Below are positions 27,979 through 37,856 of a DNA stretch of 64,000 nt, piece by piece; position 1 is the stretch's first letter, and every line of letters begins with the position of its first letter. The notes below the pieces were generated by a model. That model saw only the letters and a program-made list of their open reading frames with translations. It did no database searches and was not told the origin of the DNA. Origin of the DNA: Acidobacteriota bacterium (GTDB taxonomy: Bacteria > Acidobacteriota > B3-B38 > Guanabaribacteriales > JAGGZT01); assembly GCA_021161905.1 (NCBI GenBank), contig JAGGZT010000060.1, forward strand, positions 776-64,775, written 5' to 3'. The translations under genes were made by a program, and so were the position numbers.

Positions 27979-30066
27979 GTGATCCGCTTTGAAGATATTG
28001 CTGAAGAGGTGACTAAGCATCATAAGGACGCCGATGTTGGACTTCTAAGACGGGCTTATGTTTTCTCCGCCAAGGAGCATAAGGGACAGGTGAGAAGATC
28101 CGGCGAACCCTATCTCATCCATCCTTTGGCGGTAGCTATGATCCTTGCTCAGCTTAAGCTTGATCCAGTGGCAGTAGCGGTAGGGCTTCTTCACGATGTG
28201 GTGGAGGATGCTGGGGTATCGATGAAGAAGATCGAACAGTATTTCGGCTCTGAGGTGGCTTCGCTCGTTGATGGAGTGACCAAGATGAGCCGGCTTTCTT
28301 TCACCTCTCGAGAAGAACAACAGGCAGAATCCTTTAGGAAGATGCTTCTGGCGATGGCGAGAGATATAAGGGTGCTTTTGGTGAAGATAGCCGATCGGCT
28401 TCACAATATGCGCACCTTGCATCATCTTCCTGCTAAAGACCGGATAAGGGTAGCTCGGGAGACGATGGATATATATGTCCCCTTGACCAATCGATTGGGG
28501 ATGCATCGGGTACAGACGGAGCTTGAAGATCTTGCCTTTCGTTATCTTCATCCTCGGATCTACCATACCCTGGCAGACAAGGTTGAGGAGGAGAAGAGGG
28601 TGAGCGCTTCTTTCATAAAGAAGGTTACCGATACAATAAAGAAAAAATTGGATGAGGCGGGAATATCAGCGAGTATTGAGGGCCGAGTGAAGAGTGTATA
28701 CTCGTTATACCGGAAGATGATGCGTCAGGGAGTGAGTCTCGATCAGATCTATGATTATATCGCCTTTCGAGTGATCACCGATACGGTGGCCAATTGTTGG
28801 GGGGCGTTGGGGATCGTTCATAGCTTATGGACCCCTGTTCCCGGTAGGTTTCGGGATTATATTTCCACCCCTAAGCCGAACGGATATCAATCCCTCCACA
28901 CCTCGGTAGTTACTAGGGAGGGTCAGGTTTTCGAGATCCAGATAAGGACCTGGGAGATGCACCGGGTAGCCGAGGAGGGGATTGCTGCCCACTGGGCATA
29001 TAAGGAGGGGCGAAAGGCAACCATTGAGGATCGCAACTTTGTGTGGCTTCGTCATATAATCGAATGGCAACGGGAGGTAACCAATCCCAAGGAGTTTATG
29101 ACTTCTCTTAAGTTCGATCTCTTCCCTGAGGAGGTATATGCCCTTACCCCTAAGGGGGAGGTCAAGACCTTTCCCCGGCGGGCTACCGCCCTTGATTTCG
29201 CTTACGCAGTCCATACGGAGATCGGTCATCAGGCGGTAGGGGCGAGGATAAATGGACGGGTCCTTCCCCTAAAGACTCAGCTCAAGCATGGTGATATCGT
29301 TGAGATCATTACCTTTCCTGATCATACCCCTACTATGGAGGCATTGAGGCATGTTTTTACCTCTCGGGCAAAGAACCATATAAGACGATATCTAAAGCAG
29401 AAAAGCCACCATCTACTCGAGGAATTGGGAAAGGAGGTTTTGTCCTCCCGGTTAAACGGGGGGGCAGATGAGTGGGCAGGGAGGTTGTTATCCGAGTGGG
29501 GATTGAGAAAGAGGGAGGAGCTTTTCCTTTTGGTGACATTGGGCAAGGTTCCCCTTCCCAAAGCCTCTTCCAAATCTTCCCAGAAATCCTTTTTGAAGAA
29601 GGATGAAGGGGTCCTTGATGGTAGGTTTGCCTTTTTTAGTCCCGGAGTGGTCAAAGGGAAAGGTTTCTACCTTCGTGCTCCTTGCTGTCTTCCTCTCCCC
29701 GGTGAAGAAGCTATGGGGGTGGAAATAGATGATGGTTTGGTTTTGGTCCATTCGAGTTATTGTGTTTGGTTTGAGCGGGCAGTTTCTGAGGAGGCGAGGG
29801 TCGGCAAGATCAAATGGGGAAAGGTGAATGAGGAAAGGCATAGGGTTAGAATAAGGTGTTATTTCTTAAATAGGGGAGAGATAGAGAAAAGGTTGGAGAG
29901 AAAGTTGGCTCTCATTAAAGGAAAGGTGGTAGAAAGGGTGGATTTTGAGGGTAGGGTGAGGTTTGATCTCGAATTCGAGATCAATAACTACAAAGAGTTT
30001 TCTAAAATAGCCAAACAGCTCTCGAGGTTAGGAGGGTTTTTAGGGTTTGAGAGAATGGCTCTTTAA
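27979..30066 (+). CDS. rel: Bifunctional (p)ppGpp synthetase/hydrolase (RelA/SpoT family).
   Basis: HD hydrolase motif (LHDVVEDAG), synthetase domain, TGS and ACT-like C-terminus; 695 aa; GTG start. Confidence 0.9.
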   Translation: MIRFEDIAEEVTKHHKDADVGLLRRAYVFSAKEHKGQVRRSGEPYLIHPLAVAMILAQLKLDPVAVAVGLLHDVVEDAGVSMKKIEQYFGSEVASLVDGVTKMSRLSFTSREEQQAESFRKMLLAMARDIRVLLVKIADRLHNMRTLHHLPAKDRIRVARETMDIYVPLTNRLGMHRVQTELEDLAFRYLHPRIYHTLADKVEEEKRVSASFIKKVTDTIKKKLDEAGISASIEGRVKSVYSLYRKMMRQGVSLDQIYDYIAFRVITDTVANCWGALGIVHSLWTPVPGRFRDYISTPKPNGYQSLHTSVVTREGQVFEIQIRTWEMHRVAEEGIAAHWAYKEGRKATIEDRNFVWLRHIIEWQREVTNPKEFMTSLKFDLFPEEVYALTPKGEVKTFPRRATALDFAYAVHTEIGHQAVGARINGRVLPLKTQLKHGDIVEIITFPDHTPTMEALRHVFTSRAKNHIRRYLKQKSHHLLEELGKEVLSSRLNGGADEWAGRLLSEWGLRKREELFLLVTLGKVPLPKASSKSSQKSFLKKDEGVLDGRFAFFSPGVVKGKGFYLRAPCCLPLPGEEAMGVEIDDGLVLVHSSYCVWFERAVSEEARVGKIKWGKVNEERHRVRIRCYFLNRGEIEKRLERKLALIKGKVVERVDFEGRVRFDLEFEINNYKEFSKIAKQLSRLGGFLGFERMAL

Positions 30067-30088
30067 AATCTTTTAAGGAGGGGAGATT

Positions 30089-30472
30089 ATGGGTAAGGAG
30101 ATTATTGAAACGAGTAAAGCTCCTGAACCGATAGGTCCTTATTCTCAAGCTGTCAAGGTAGGAAATCTGGTTTTTGTTTCAGGGCAGGTGGCAATAGACC
30201 CTAAAACGGGGAAGTTGCATTCAGGTTCTTTAAAGGAGCAGGTAGAGATAATTATGAGGAATATTGGGAATATCCTTAAGGTAGCGGGGGGAGGTTTGGA
30301 AGACATAGTTCAAACTACCATCTATCTCAGCGATATTTCTAAGTTCTCTGAGGTGAACAAAGCATATGCTTCCTTTTTCCAACGGGATTATCCTGCCCGG
30401 GTAACGGTAGGAGTTTCCTCTCTTCCCGGTGGGGCAGAGGTTGAGATAGCGGTTATCGCTTTTATCCCTTAA
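30089..30472 (+). CDS. ridA: RidA/YjgF-family reactive-intermediate deaminase.
   Basis: 127 aa; conserved PARV/TVGVSSLPGGAEVEI C-terminal signature. Confidence 0.85.
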   Translation: MGKEIIETSKAPEPIGPYSQAVKVGNLVFVSGQVAIDPKTGKLHSGSLKEQVEIIMRNIGNILKVAGGGLEDIVQTTIYLSDISKFSEVNKAYASFFQRDYPARVTVGVSSLPGGAEVEIAVIAFIP

Positions 30473-30660
30473 CCGGCTTTTTTCACCTTACCCGACTTTA
30501 AACACCGGGTGCAGATCCATATTTTCTTGGGAACCCCTGCTACCAGCGCTCTTACCCGCTGGAGGTTGGGACGCCATTTTCTATTGGTCAGGTTGTGGGC
30601 ATGGCTTATATTATGCCCGAATTGAAGTCCCTTTCCACAGATAGCGCAGCGTCTTGCCAT
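30469..30660 (-). CDS. rpmB: 50S ribosomal protein L28.
   Basis: MARRCAICGKGLQFGHNISHAHNLTNRKWRPNLQ; 63 aa. Confidence 0.9.
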   Translation of the reverse strand: MARRCAICGKGLQFGHNISHAHNLTNRKWRPNLQRVRALVAGVPKKIWICTRCLKSGKVKKAG

Positions 30661-30851
30661 TTTTTAACCCCCTTAGGCATTCGTTATTTAAAGGAAACTT
30701 ATAGTATCAATTTTTTTTATCCAAGGCAACAATTTTTTATGGGTTGAACAAGCAGTATACATTCTTCTTCTACTAAATATACGATATTTGTAGTTTTTTG
30801 CCACAATATATTGTATCCTATTGAAAAATAAAGATTTTTTGCATTTTTTTC

Positions 30852-30880
30852 TTGACAAGGGGTAGATAGTGGTATATAGT
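30852..30880 (+). promoter_or_regulatory. Strong sigma-70 promoter in an AT-rich leader upstream of the HTH-pil operon.
   Basis: TTGACA (30852-57), 17 nt, TATAGT (30875-80); lies within an AT-rich stretch of about 245 nt at 30661-30905. Confidence 0.5.
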
Positions 30881-30905
30881 AAACTTATCTCAAGGATAGA
30901 CTACT

Positions 30906-31130
30906 ATGGAATACTATACTACAGCACAAGTAGCTCGGATTATTGGTATTACCAAGAAGACCCTTTATACCTGGTTGAAGAAGGGGAAGATCCCGGAGCC
31001 AGATCGTGATTACCGTAATTATCGCATCTGGACTGAGGAGGATATAAAAAACTGCTTGAGCTATAAGAACCGGCGAATACCGGGTGGCAAGCGGGTGCAA
31101 GAGGCGGAGAAGAGTTCAGGTAAGAGGTAG
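30906..31130 (+). CDS. Small helix-turn-helix DNA-binding protein (MerR/excisionase-like HTH_17 type).
   Basis: YYTTAQVARIIGITKKTLYTWLKKGKIP motif; 74 aa; 64 nt upstream of pilM with no intervening terminator. Confidence 0.55.
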   Translation: MEYYTTAQVARIIGITKKTLYTWLKKGKIPEPDRDYRNYRIWTEEDIKNCLSYKNRRIPGGKRVQEAEKSSGKR

Positions 31131-31194
31131 AGGAGAGAGGGCTGTTTTGCAAGGATGGGAAAGGGTTAGCTAAAGAGTTTTAAGGAGGTAGAGA

Positions 31195-32259
31195 GTGGCT
31201 CTCTTTGGTAAGGTTCGGAGATTAGTCGGACTGGATATTGGATCCAGTTCGGTAAAACTGGTGGAGCTTAAGAGATTGGGCAAAGGGGGGATGGGTTATC
31301 AATTGGTTAACCTCGGTTTGGAAGAGCTTCCTCCGGAGACGATAGTGGATGGAGCAATTATGGATTCCGGGGTGGTAATTGATTCGATAAACCGTCTTTT
31401 CTCGGAGAATAGGATCAAATTAAAGGATGTGGCTACCTCTATCTCTGGAAGCTCTGTTATAATAAGGAAGATAGTAATGCCAGCGATGAGTGATGAAGAG
31501 CTGGCTGAATCCATTCCTTGGGAAGCGGAACAATACATCCCCTTTGATATTGGTGAGGTGAGTATAGACTATCAGATTGTAGAGCGCACCAGCTCGATGG
31601 AAGGGGAGAATATGTCCGTCATCCTGGTAGCGGTTAAGAAGGACAAGATCAATGAGTATACCGCGGTTATCAGTCAGGCGGGTAAGAACCCGGTGGTGGT
31701 GGATGTTGACGCCTTTGCTCTCGAGAACGCTTATGAGATTAATTATCCTGAGGATAAGGACAAGGTAGTAGCCCTTATAAATATAGGCGCTTCAGTGACC
31801 AATGTTACCATTCTTCAGCGGGGGACCCCCGAATTTTGGCGAGATATATCTATGGGGGGCAATCAGTATACCGAAGCCATTCAGCGAGAGCTCGGCTTGA
31901 GCTTTGATCAGGCGGAGAACCTGAAGAAGGGGTTTGAGATAGAGGGAGTGCCGGCAGAAAGGGTGATCCCGGTAATAAATTCGGTTTCCGCTAATATGGT
32001 TAAGGAGGTCCAAAAGACGCTTGATTTCTTCCAGGTCACCTCGTTGGATAAGATCGTCATCTCCGGCGGTGCCTCTAAGACTATAGGGCTCGACCAGATA
32101 CTCTCCGAGAGATTTAGCACCCCAGTGGAGATAATGAACCCCTTCCGGGCTCTTGAGTATAATCCCAAAGATTTTGATGCCGAATATTTAAACGAGATAG
32201 CTCCCAATTTTGCCATTGCCGTCGGTCTTGGGTTAAGGGAATTGGGGGATAAAGAATGA
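31195..32259 (+). CDS. pilM: Type IV pilus assembly protein PilM (actin-like ATPase fold).
   Basis: GLDIGSSSVKLVEL start; 354 aa; followed by pilNOPQ. Confidence 0.85.
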   Translation: MALFGKVRRLVGLDIGSSSVKLVELKRLGKGGMGYQLVNLGLEELPPETIVDGAIMDSGVVIDSINRLFSENRIKLKDVATSISGSSVIIRKIVMPAMSDEELAESIPWEAEQYIPFDIGEVSIDYQIVERTSSMEGENMSVILVAVKKDKINEYTAVISQAGKNPVVVDVDAFALENAYEINYPEDKDKVVALINIGASVTNVTILQRGTPEFWRDISMGGNQYTEAIQRELGLSFDQAENLKKGFEIEGVPAERVIPVINSVSANMVKEVQKTLDFFQVTSLDKIVISGGASKTIGLDQILSERFSTPVEIMNPFRALEYNPKDFDAEYLNEIAPNFAIAVGLGLRELGDKE

Positions 32260-32840
32260 TAAAGATAAACCTGTTACGAGAGGAGTTAGAGCCTCAGAAG
32301 AAACCGGCTGTTGAGGTTAGTCAGCAAAGGAGGAATCTGCTCTTCGTTTTGCTGGTGGTGGGAGCGGTTGCTTTTTTGGGATATCGTTGGTTTACCTTGA
32401 ATAGCAGGTTGAACGAGATGAACCGGAGGATAAACTTGGCACAGAGGGAGAAGGCGAACTTGGCTACCATAATAGAGGAGGTTCATCGGTACGACCAGAG
32501 AAGGAAGGAACTGGAGAGGAAGCTCAATCTTATCCTTCAGCTCCAGAAAAACAGAACGGGACCGGTGGAGTTGTTAAAGGAGGTTGCCTATCTTCTGCCT
32601 CCCCAGCTTTGGTTTACCTCTTTGATTCAACGGGGCAATGCGGTTACCATCGAAGGGGATGCTATCTCTTACAATGCTATCGCCGATTTTCTTAAGAATT
32701 TGGATAGTTCTCCCTATGTAGCCAAAGGGAGCGTTGACCTTTTGGAAGCAGTGGAGGCAGCGGGGGGGATTAAAAGGTTTTCCTTGACCTTTGTCTTCAC
32801 TATTCCTAAATCGTCTCAAGCGTCTTCGGTGGCTGAATAA
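32256..32840 (+). CDS. pilN: Type IV pilus assembly protein PilN.
   Basis: Single N-terminal TM, coiled coil, periplasmic domain; 4-nt overlap with pilM. Confidence 0.7.
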   Translation: MIKINLLREELEPQKKPAVEVSQQRRNLLFVLLVVGAVAFLGYRWFTLNSRLNEMNRRINLAQREKANLATIIEEVHRYDQRRKELERKLNLILQLQKNRTGPVELLKEVAYLLPPQLWFTSLIQRGNAVTIEGDAISYNAIADFLKNLDSSPYVAKGSVDLLEAVEAAGGIKRFSLTFVFTIPKSSQASSVAE

Positions 32841-32851
32841 GGAGGTAACTT

Positions 32852-33394
32852 ATGGAATTCTCAAAACTTTCTCCCGGTGCTCAGATCGCGGTTATCAGCA
32901 TTCTCCTGGTGGCTATGGTGCTTTCGGTACAGATGATGCTTTTCTCTAAGATGGAGAAGCAGATAAAGAGCAAGGAGGCGGAGCTTGAGGCTTTGAATAG
33001 GGAGATCCATCGAGGGAAGGTAACCGCGGCTAAACTCCAGGAGTTCAAGAGAGAAACGGAGAGGCTTGAGGCAAGGTTTAAGACTATGCTTCGCATCCTC
33101 CCCGAGCAGAAGGAGACGGAGGATCTGCTTCGTAAAGTCCAGAGTTTAGCCGTTGATTCCAATCTCCAGGTAATTCGGTTTGATCCCCAGCCTTTGGTGA
33201 CCCGTGAATTTTATGCGGAGTATCCCATTGTTATGCAGCTGTCGGGTTCCTATTACAACCTGATCTCATTCTTTGAGAAGATAAGCAAGCTCCCCCGCAT
33301 CATCAATATCGGCAACTTGGAGATAAGGGCAACGCCTCAAGGGGGGACGGTAAACACCAACTGTGTGGCAGTTACCTTTGTGTTTATTGGGTGA
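32852..33394 (+). CDS. pilO: Type IV pilus assembly protein PilO.
   Basis: N-terminal TM plus coiled coil plus periplasmic domain; consistent with operon position. Confidence 0.65.
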   Translation: MEFSKLSPGAQIAVISILLVAMVLSVQMMLFSKMEKQIKSKEAELEALNREIHRGKVTAAKLQEFKRETERLEARFKTMLRILPEQKETEDLLRKVQSLAVDSNLQVIRFDPQPLVTREFYAEYPIVMQLSGSYYNLISFFEKISKLPRIINIGNLEIRATPQGGTVNTNCVAVTFVFIG

Positions 33395-33419
33395 GCTTAT
33401 CCAAGGGAGGTTAACTACG

Positions 33420-33968
33420 GTGGTAAGAAAAAGGATTATGATCACAGCCTTTTTAATGATTGGGTTTTTTATGCTGATAGCCACTGGTTTAAGCTCGCCC
33501 GCCTTTCAAGCTCAATCTGTGAAAAAGGAAAAGAAGCCGGCTCCTCCGCCTCAGACTTCTACGAAGGGGAAAGGGATAGAGAAAGTGAAGGAGGCGCTTG
33601 CTGCGAGGGAGAAGGAGCGGGAAAAGAGGCTCCGCTATAACATAGGATTAGCGCGGGACCCCTTCAGAAATCCGGTTGCTCCTACTGCGGGGAAGGGGAG
33701 GGGAAGACCTCCGGGCGAGAAAGGAATGCTTATTTCTGAGCTTCAGCTTGTTGGTATTGTGAAGAAGGGCAATGAATACATCGCCTTCTTCAATGGATCG
33801 GATAATGTGGGTTATTTCCTTCGGGTTAACGATCGGGTCTATGATGGATGGGTGAAGAAGATAGGCCCGGATTATGTTATCTTTGAGCAGGAAATAAACG
33901 ACCCATACTCCCTTAAGAAGACCCGGGAGGTGGTTAAGAAACTTTATTCTGAGGGTGGAGGAAAGTAA
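33420..33968 (+). CDS. pilP: PilP-like pilus assembly lipoprotein/periplasmic protein.
   Basis: GTG start 9 nt after GGAGG; signal/TM; Pro/Lys-rich linker; C-terminal beta domain (LQLVGIVKKGNEYIAFFNG...). Confidence 0.55.
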   Translation: MVRKRIMITAFLMIGFFMLIATGLSSPAFQAQSVKKEKKPAPPPQTSTKGKGIEKVKEALAAREKEREKRLRYNIGLARDPFRNPVAPTAGKGRGRPPGEKGMLISELQLVGIVKKGNEYIAFFNGSDNVGYFLRVNDRVYDGWVKKIGPDYVIFEQEINDPYSLKKTREVVKKLYSEGGGK

Positions 33969-36349
33969 TGAGAAGGGGAAGATTATTGATATTCCTTTTA
34001 GCCCTCGCTCTGGTAGTAGCGGGCGGGGAAGGTTTGGCTCTTTGGAATGAGCAGAATGTGAAGATCACCTCGATTTCTGCCACCAAGGTTGCTTCTGGGA
34101 CAGAGGTTACGATTATGGGGAATGCTCCCCTCCTTTATTCATATTATGTTCCTGCAGCTACTCCGGATCAACTTTTGGTCGACTTCCCCAACACCCTCCC
34201 TGCTGAGATCCCCCTTAAGATGGAGCCGAATACTCCTGAGGTGAAAAGAATAGAAGTGGAGAAGGTTTCTACTAAGGAGATGGAGCTTACCCGGGTGAAG
34301 ATCCATTTTGCCCAGCCCTGTCAGTTTGAAGTTCGAGATGGGGGCAAGGAACTGAGGATATTTGTTCGACTTAAACCAGGTGAACCGGTAACGAAGAAGG
34401 AAGTAAAGCCTCAAGAAGTGGCTAAGCCGGTGATAAAGAAGAAGGAGAAAGAGGTTCCTTCTGCTCCCCCAACGTTGAAGAAGGAAGTAACAGGAGCTGG
34501 GCAAGCGAGGAATGTGAACAAGATCATCGCGAGGAAGGTGGATGATACGGTGGTGGTCTCCGTGCTTGGGGATGGCAGGTTTAAATTCAATAAATTTGAG
34601 CTTTCGAACCCACCGCGCTTGGTTTTGGATATAGAGGCGGTGAAAAAGTTAAGCAGGGATACAATTAAGGTAGATTCTCCTCTCCTATCCAGGGTAAGGA
34701 GTTCTCAATTCAAGTCTCAGCCCGTTCCCATAACCAGAGTGGTGCTCGATCTGGGGAAAGCGACGAGTTATGAGATAATTCCCGAAGCCAATGTTTTAAA
34801 GGTACTTTTGAGTCCTCTTCCTCCGGGGAAAAAGGTGGCTGTGCTGAGAAAAGAAGCAGAAAAGCCGGTAGTTCCTCCTCCCAAGAAGGAGAAAAAGACA
34901 GAAGTGGTTCCTCCCAAGAGGGTTGAGAAGGAGAAACTGGTTAAGAAGAAGGTAGTTCCTACAAAGATCGCGCCCCCCAAAGAGGAGAAGGTAGCTCTTC
35001 CTGCAGTAGCGAAGAAGCCGCTCGCGGAGAAAAAGGTAATCTCTCGTCCCACTGCTCCTTCCGTTTCGGAGAAGGTTGCCCCCAAGGAAGAGAAGAAGCC
35101 AAGTGAGCTCATCAGCCTCAAGTTCCGTGATGCTGATATAAGGGATGTGATCCGTCTTTTCGCTGATTTTACTGGGAAGAATTTCGTCATCGATCCTGGA
35201 GTATCGGGAAGGGTGACCGTGGTTTTGAACGATGTTCCTTGGGAGAAGGCGCTCGATATCATCTTACGGAATAATGATTTGGCTAAGGTCGAGGAGGAGG
35301 GAGTTTATTGGATCGCAACTGCTGCCAAAATAAAGGCGAGGGAAGATGCTCAGCGTGCTCTTGAGGAATCGAGGAAGTTAAGTGCCCCTCTGACCACCGC
35401 CACTCAGCGGATATCCTATGCCAAGGCGAGGGAGCTTGAGCCCATAGTACGGCAGAACCTTACCAAGCGTGGCACGGTAATCGTTGATGAGAGAACCAAT
35501 ACCCTCATCATCTCCGATATAGAGAGCAAGGTATCAGAGATCGTAAACCTGATAAAGAGCCTTGATGTCCCCACCAAGCAGGTTCTGATCTCAGCGAGGA
35601 TAGTGGAATCTACTCAGGAGTTCATTCAGCGTTTGGGTGTTCAATGGGGGCTTAAGGCTGTGGGCGATGCCGCCCATGGGAATACTACTCAGTTTGTATT
35701 CCCTAATACCTATGTGGTTCAGGGTGCTACTGGGATTTCGAGCCAGATAAGCGATTATAAGGTTCCCTATGCGGTGAACCTGCCCATTACCCCCACTGCT
35801 GGTATTGGGATCAGCTTCGGCAATATCTTGAACAGTTTCAGGCTTGACGCTCAGCTTTTGGCAGCGGAACAGACCGGCGAGATAAGGGTTCTTTCTCGTC
35901 CTCGTGTAGCTACCCAGAGCAACAAGCAGGCGAAGATAGAAAGTGGTCAAGTTCTTCCTTACCAGACATATACCGAGATGATGGGTGCCATCACCCAGTT
36001 CCTGACCGCTACCCTTTCCCTCGCGGTGACCCCACAGATTACCGCTGAGAACACGGTGATGATGGACATAGAGATAAAGAACGACACGGTCGGTATCTCC
36101 TATCCTGGTGTCCATGGTTCACTCCTTCCCTCCAAGGCTACGCAATCCGCTACCTCAAGTATCTTGGTTGCCAATGGGGAGACAGCGGTTATTGGTGGTA
36201 TTGCCACCCTGCGGACCGAGATTACCAGAGGAAGGGTCCCCTTGTTCCACCGGATCCCCATTTTAGGTTGGTTATTTAAGAGCAAGGACGAAAAACAGCA
36301 AAATAAAGAGCTGGTAATATTTATTACACCCTCGATTCTGAACCCTTAA
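33968..36349 (+). CDS. pilQ: Type IV pilus secretin PilQ with two N-terminal AMIN domains and a long Lys/Pro-rich linker.
   Basis: Signal peptide; two AMIN-like repeats; PPKKEKK... linker; secretin N domains; C-terminal secretin domain (VPLFHRIPILGWLFKS). Confidence 0.85.
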   Translation: MRRGRLLIFLLALALVVAGGEGLALWNEQNVKITSISATKVASGTEVTIMGNAPLLYSYYVPAATPDQLLVDFPNTLPAEIPLKMEPNTPEVKRIEVEKVSTKEMELTRVKIHFAQPCQFEVRDGGKELRIFVRLKPGEPVTKKEVKPQEVAKPVIKKKEKEVPSAPPTLKKEVTGAGQARNVNKIIARKVDDTVVVSVLGDGRFKFNKFELSNPPRLVLDIEAVKKLSRDTIKVDSPLLSRVRSSQFKSQPVPITRVVLDLGKATSYEIIPEANVLKVLLSPLPPGKKVAVLRKEAEKPVVPPPKKEKKTEVVPPKRVEKEKLVKKKVVPTKIAPPKEEKVALPAVAKKPLAEKKVISRPTAPSVSEKVAPKEEKKPSELISLKFRDADIRDVIRLFADFTGKNFVIDPGVSGRVTVVLNDVPWEKALDIILRNNDLAKVEEEGVYWIATAAKIKAREDAQRALEESRKLSAPLTTATQRISYAKARELEPIVRQNLTKRGTVIVDERTNTLIISDIESKVSEIVNLIKSLDVPTKQVLISARIVESTQEFIQRLGVQWGLKAVGDAAHGNTTQFVFPNTYVVQGATGISSQISDYKVPYAVNLPITPTAGIGISFGNILNSFRLDAQLLAAEQTGEIRVLSRPRVATQSNKQAKIESGQVLPYQTYTEMMGAITQFLTATLSLAVTPQITAENTVMMDIEIKNDTVGISYPGVHGSLLPSKATQSATSSILVANGETAVIGGIATLRTEITRGRVPLFHRIPILGWLFKSKDEKQQNKELVIFITPSILNP

Positions 36350-36385
36350 TGGGGAGCATTGCTCCCTTTTAGTGAGGATGGAGAG

Positions 36386-36961
36386 ATGATGAAAAAAATT
36401 TGGTTGCTCCCAATGGTATTGCTTCCTCTTTTCTATCTCTGTTGGGGATGTACCGGTCAAAACAAGGAGGCATCTACTATAGCACCAGTGGTGTTGAGCG
36501 TTGATTCTATCACCCCTACCACCTCTCCTTTTGGAGATGTGGTAACAAATGGCGTGGCTTATGATGATACGGTTGAGGTGACCTTGTCCGATCACTTGAA
36601 GGATCCTGATGCTACCTCTGCCACCCATTTTGCCGATGTGATCGTTACCAGCTATCGGGTAAGCTTTACCCGGACCGATGGAGGAACTGCCGTTCCCAGT
36701 GGTTTTGAGCAGGCGATTACTTATCGGGTTCCCGCTAATGGGAGCACTACGATAACCGGCTTAGTGGTAGTGAAAGCCGATCAGAAACTGCAGGGTCCCC
36801 TTGGTTACTTGATATCTCTGGGGTATGATCCATCTACTGGCCTCCCCAGCATCTCCTGTAACATAACCATCGAGTTCACCGGAGTGACCGAGGCTGGTTA
36901 TAAGGTTTATGCTAAAGGGAGCGTTCCTATAACCTTTGCCGACTACGCCGATTCCCAATAA
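36386..36961 (+). CDS. Putative lipoprotein, beta-rich, function unknown.
   Basis: MMKKIWLLPMVLLPLFYLCWGC lipobox-like signal; Thr/Val-rich beta-sandwich-like sequence. Confidence 0.5.
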   Translation: MMKKIWLLPMVLLPLFYLCWGCTGQNKEASTIAPVVLSVDSITPTTSPFGDVVTNGVAYDDTVEVTLSDHLKDPDATSATHFADVIVTSYRVSFTRTDGGTAVPSGFEQAITYRVPANGSTTITGLVVVKADQKLQGPLGYLISLGYDPSTGLPSISCNITIEFTGVTEAGYKVYAKGSVPITFADYADSQ

Positions 36962-36973
36962 GGAGGGAGAGAT

Positions 36974-37726
36974 ATGTTTCTTCGTAAGATGGCTAAAAAC
37001 CTACTATGGGGGGTTGTTATATTCTCCCTGTTGTTTGTAGGGTGCAACAAGCTGAGCGAGCCTTCAAGCCCTACAGGACCGATAAACACAGGGATAAACG
37101 ATCATTATTTCACCGGAGTTGGCGATCTTACTCTAACTGTGGAACCCACCAAAGGTACCGCTCCCTTGGATGTTATGGTAACGGTGACGATCACCACCGC
37201 TGCAAATGTACCACTGGCGGGTAATCAGGTTACTATCACCGCTACCTCCGGCATTTTCCCCAACTTCAGTAATACAATCACCCTCACCACTGACTCCGAA
37301 GGTAAGGTGGAGACCGTCCTTAACGATGTAACCCTTGACGGTACGATAGTGACCGCCTCTTGGAGCCATTATAAGAAGACGGCGTTGATCGATATCAACA
37401 ACCGCCCGGTGGCGAACCTGGTGGTGACCCCGAACGCGATGAGCGAGGGGACCAGCGTCACTTTCCAGATGGATGCTTCAGCATCGCACGATCCAGAGGA
37501 TGGGAACAATATTACTTATTCTTTCAACGCTGGTTGTACCAATGCTTCAGTAACGGTAGGGGCGATAACCCCGGGCGATAACAATACTCCTATCCAATTC
37601 GTAACCATCGGTGGGCAGACCGCGGCTGAGCGTCCCGTTGCCGGCGATGTGGTCGTTTTCAGTGTCACCATTACTGATACTGAGGGAGCGACGGATATAG
37701 CTGTGGTCTCGATAACGGTGAGCTGA
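36974..37726 (+). CDS. Lipoprotein with a PKD/Big-like domain.
   Basis: LLFVGC lipobox; FQMDASASHDPEDGNNITYSFNAG resembles the PKD-domain DxSxSxDxDG motif. Confidence 0.55.
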   Translation: MFLRKMAKNLLWGVVIFSLLFVGCNKLSEPSSPTGPINTGINDHYFTGVGDLTLTVEPTKGTAPLDVMVTVTITTAANVPLAGNQVTITATSGIFPNFSNTITLTTDSEGKVETVLNDVTLDGTIVTASWSHYKKTALIDINNRPVANLVVTPNAMSEGTSVTFQMDASASHDPEDGNNITYSFNAGCTNASVTVGAITPGDNNTPIQFVTIGGQTAAERPVAGDVVVFSVTITDTEGATDIAVVSITVS

Positions 37727-37755
37727 TCTCTGGTTATCTGTTCAGATATTGAAGG

Positions 37756-37790
37756 AAAGAGAGGGAGAATATCCCCTCTCTTTGTCTTTT
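37756..37790 (+). terminator. Rho-independent terminator after the PKD lipoprotein gene.
   Basis: AAAGAGAGGG-agaatatc-CCCTCTCTTT 10-bp stem followed by GTCTTTT. Confidence 0.5.
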
Positions 37791-37806
37791 GAGCAGGGGA
37801 AAGGAG

Positions 37807-37836
37807 TTGACTTTGGGGAGGGATAAATGGTATAAA
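37807..37836 (+). promoter_or_regulatory. Putative promoter for the TPR/roadblock genes.
   Basis: TTGACT, 18 nt, TATAAA about 20 nt upstream of the ATG. Confidence 0.35.
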
Positions 37837-37856
37837 TATAAAAGAGGTGTTAATTT

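Noticed and set aside
30906-31130. Excisionase-like HTH gene as a sign of a prophage or integrative element
   Set aside because: There is no integrase, repeat boundary, tRNA target or phage structural gene nearby. The flanking genes are core (rpmB, pilM), so it is better read as a resident regulator.
34768-35262. 164-aa Ser/Thr/Gly-rich minus-strand ORF inside pilQ
   Set aside because: It is the reverse complement of the repetitive Lys/Pro/Glu linker of PilQ, and composition alone explains it.
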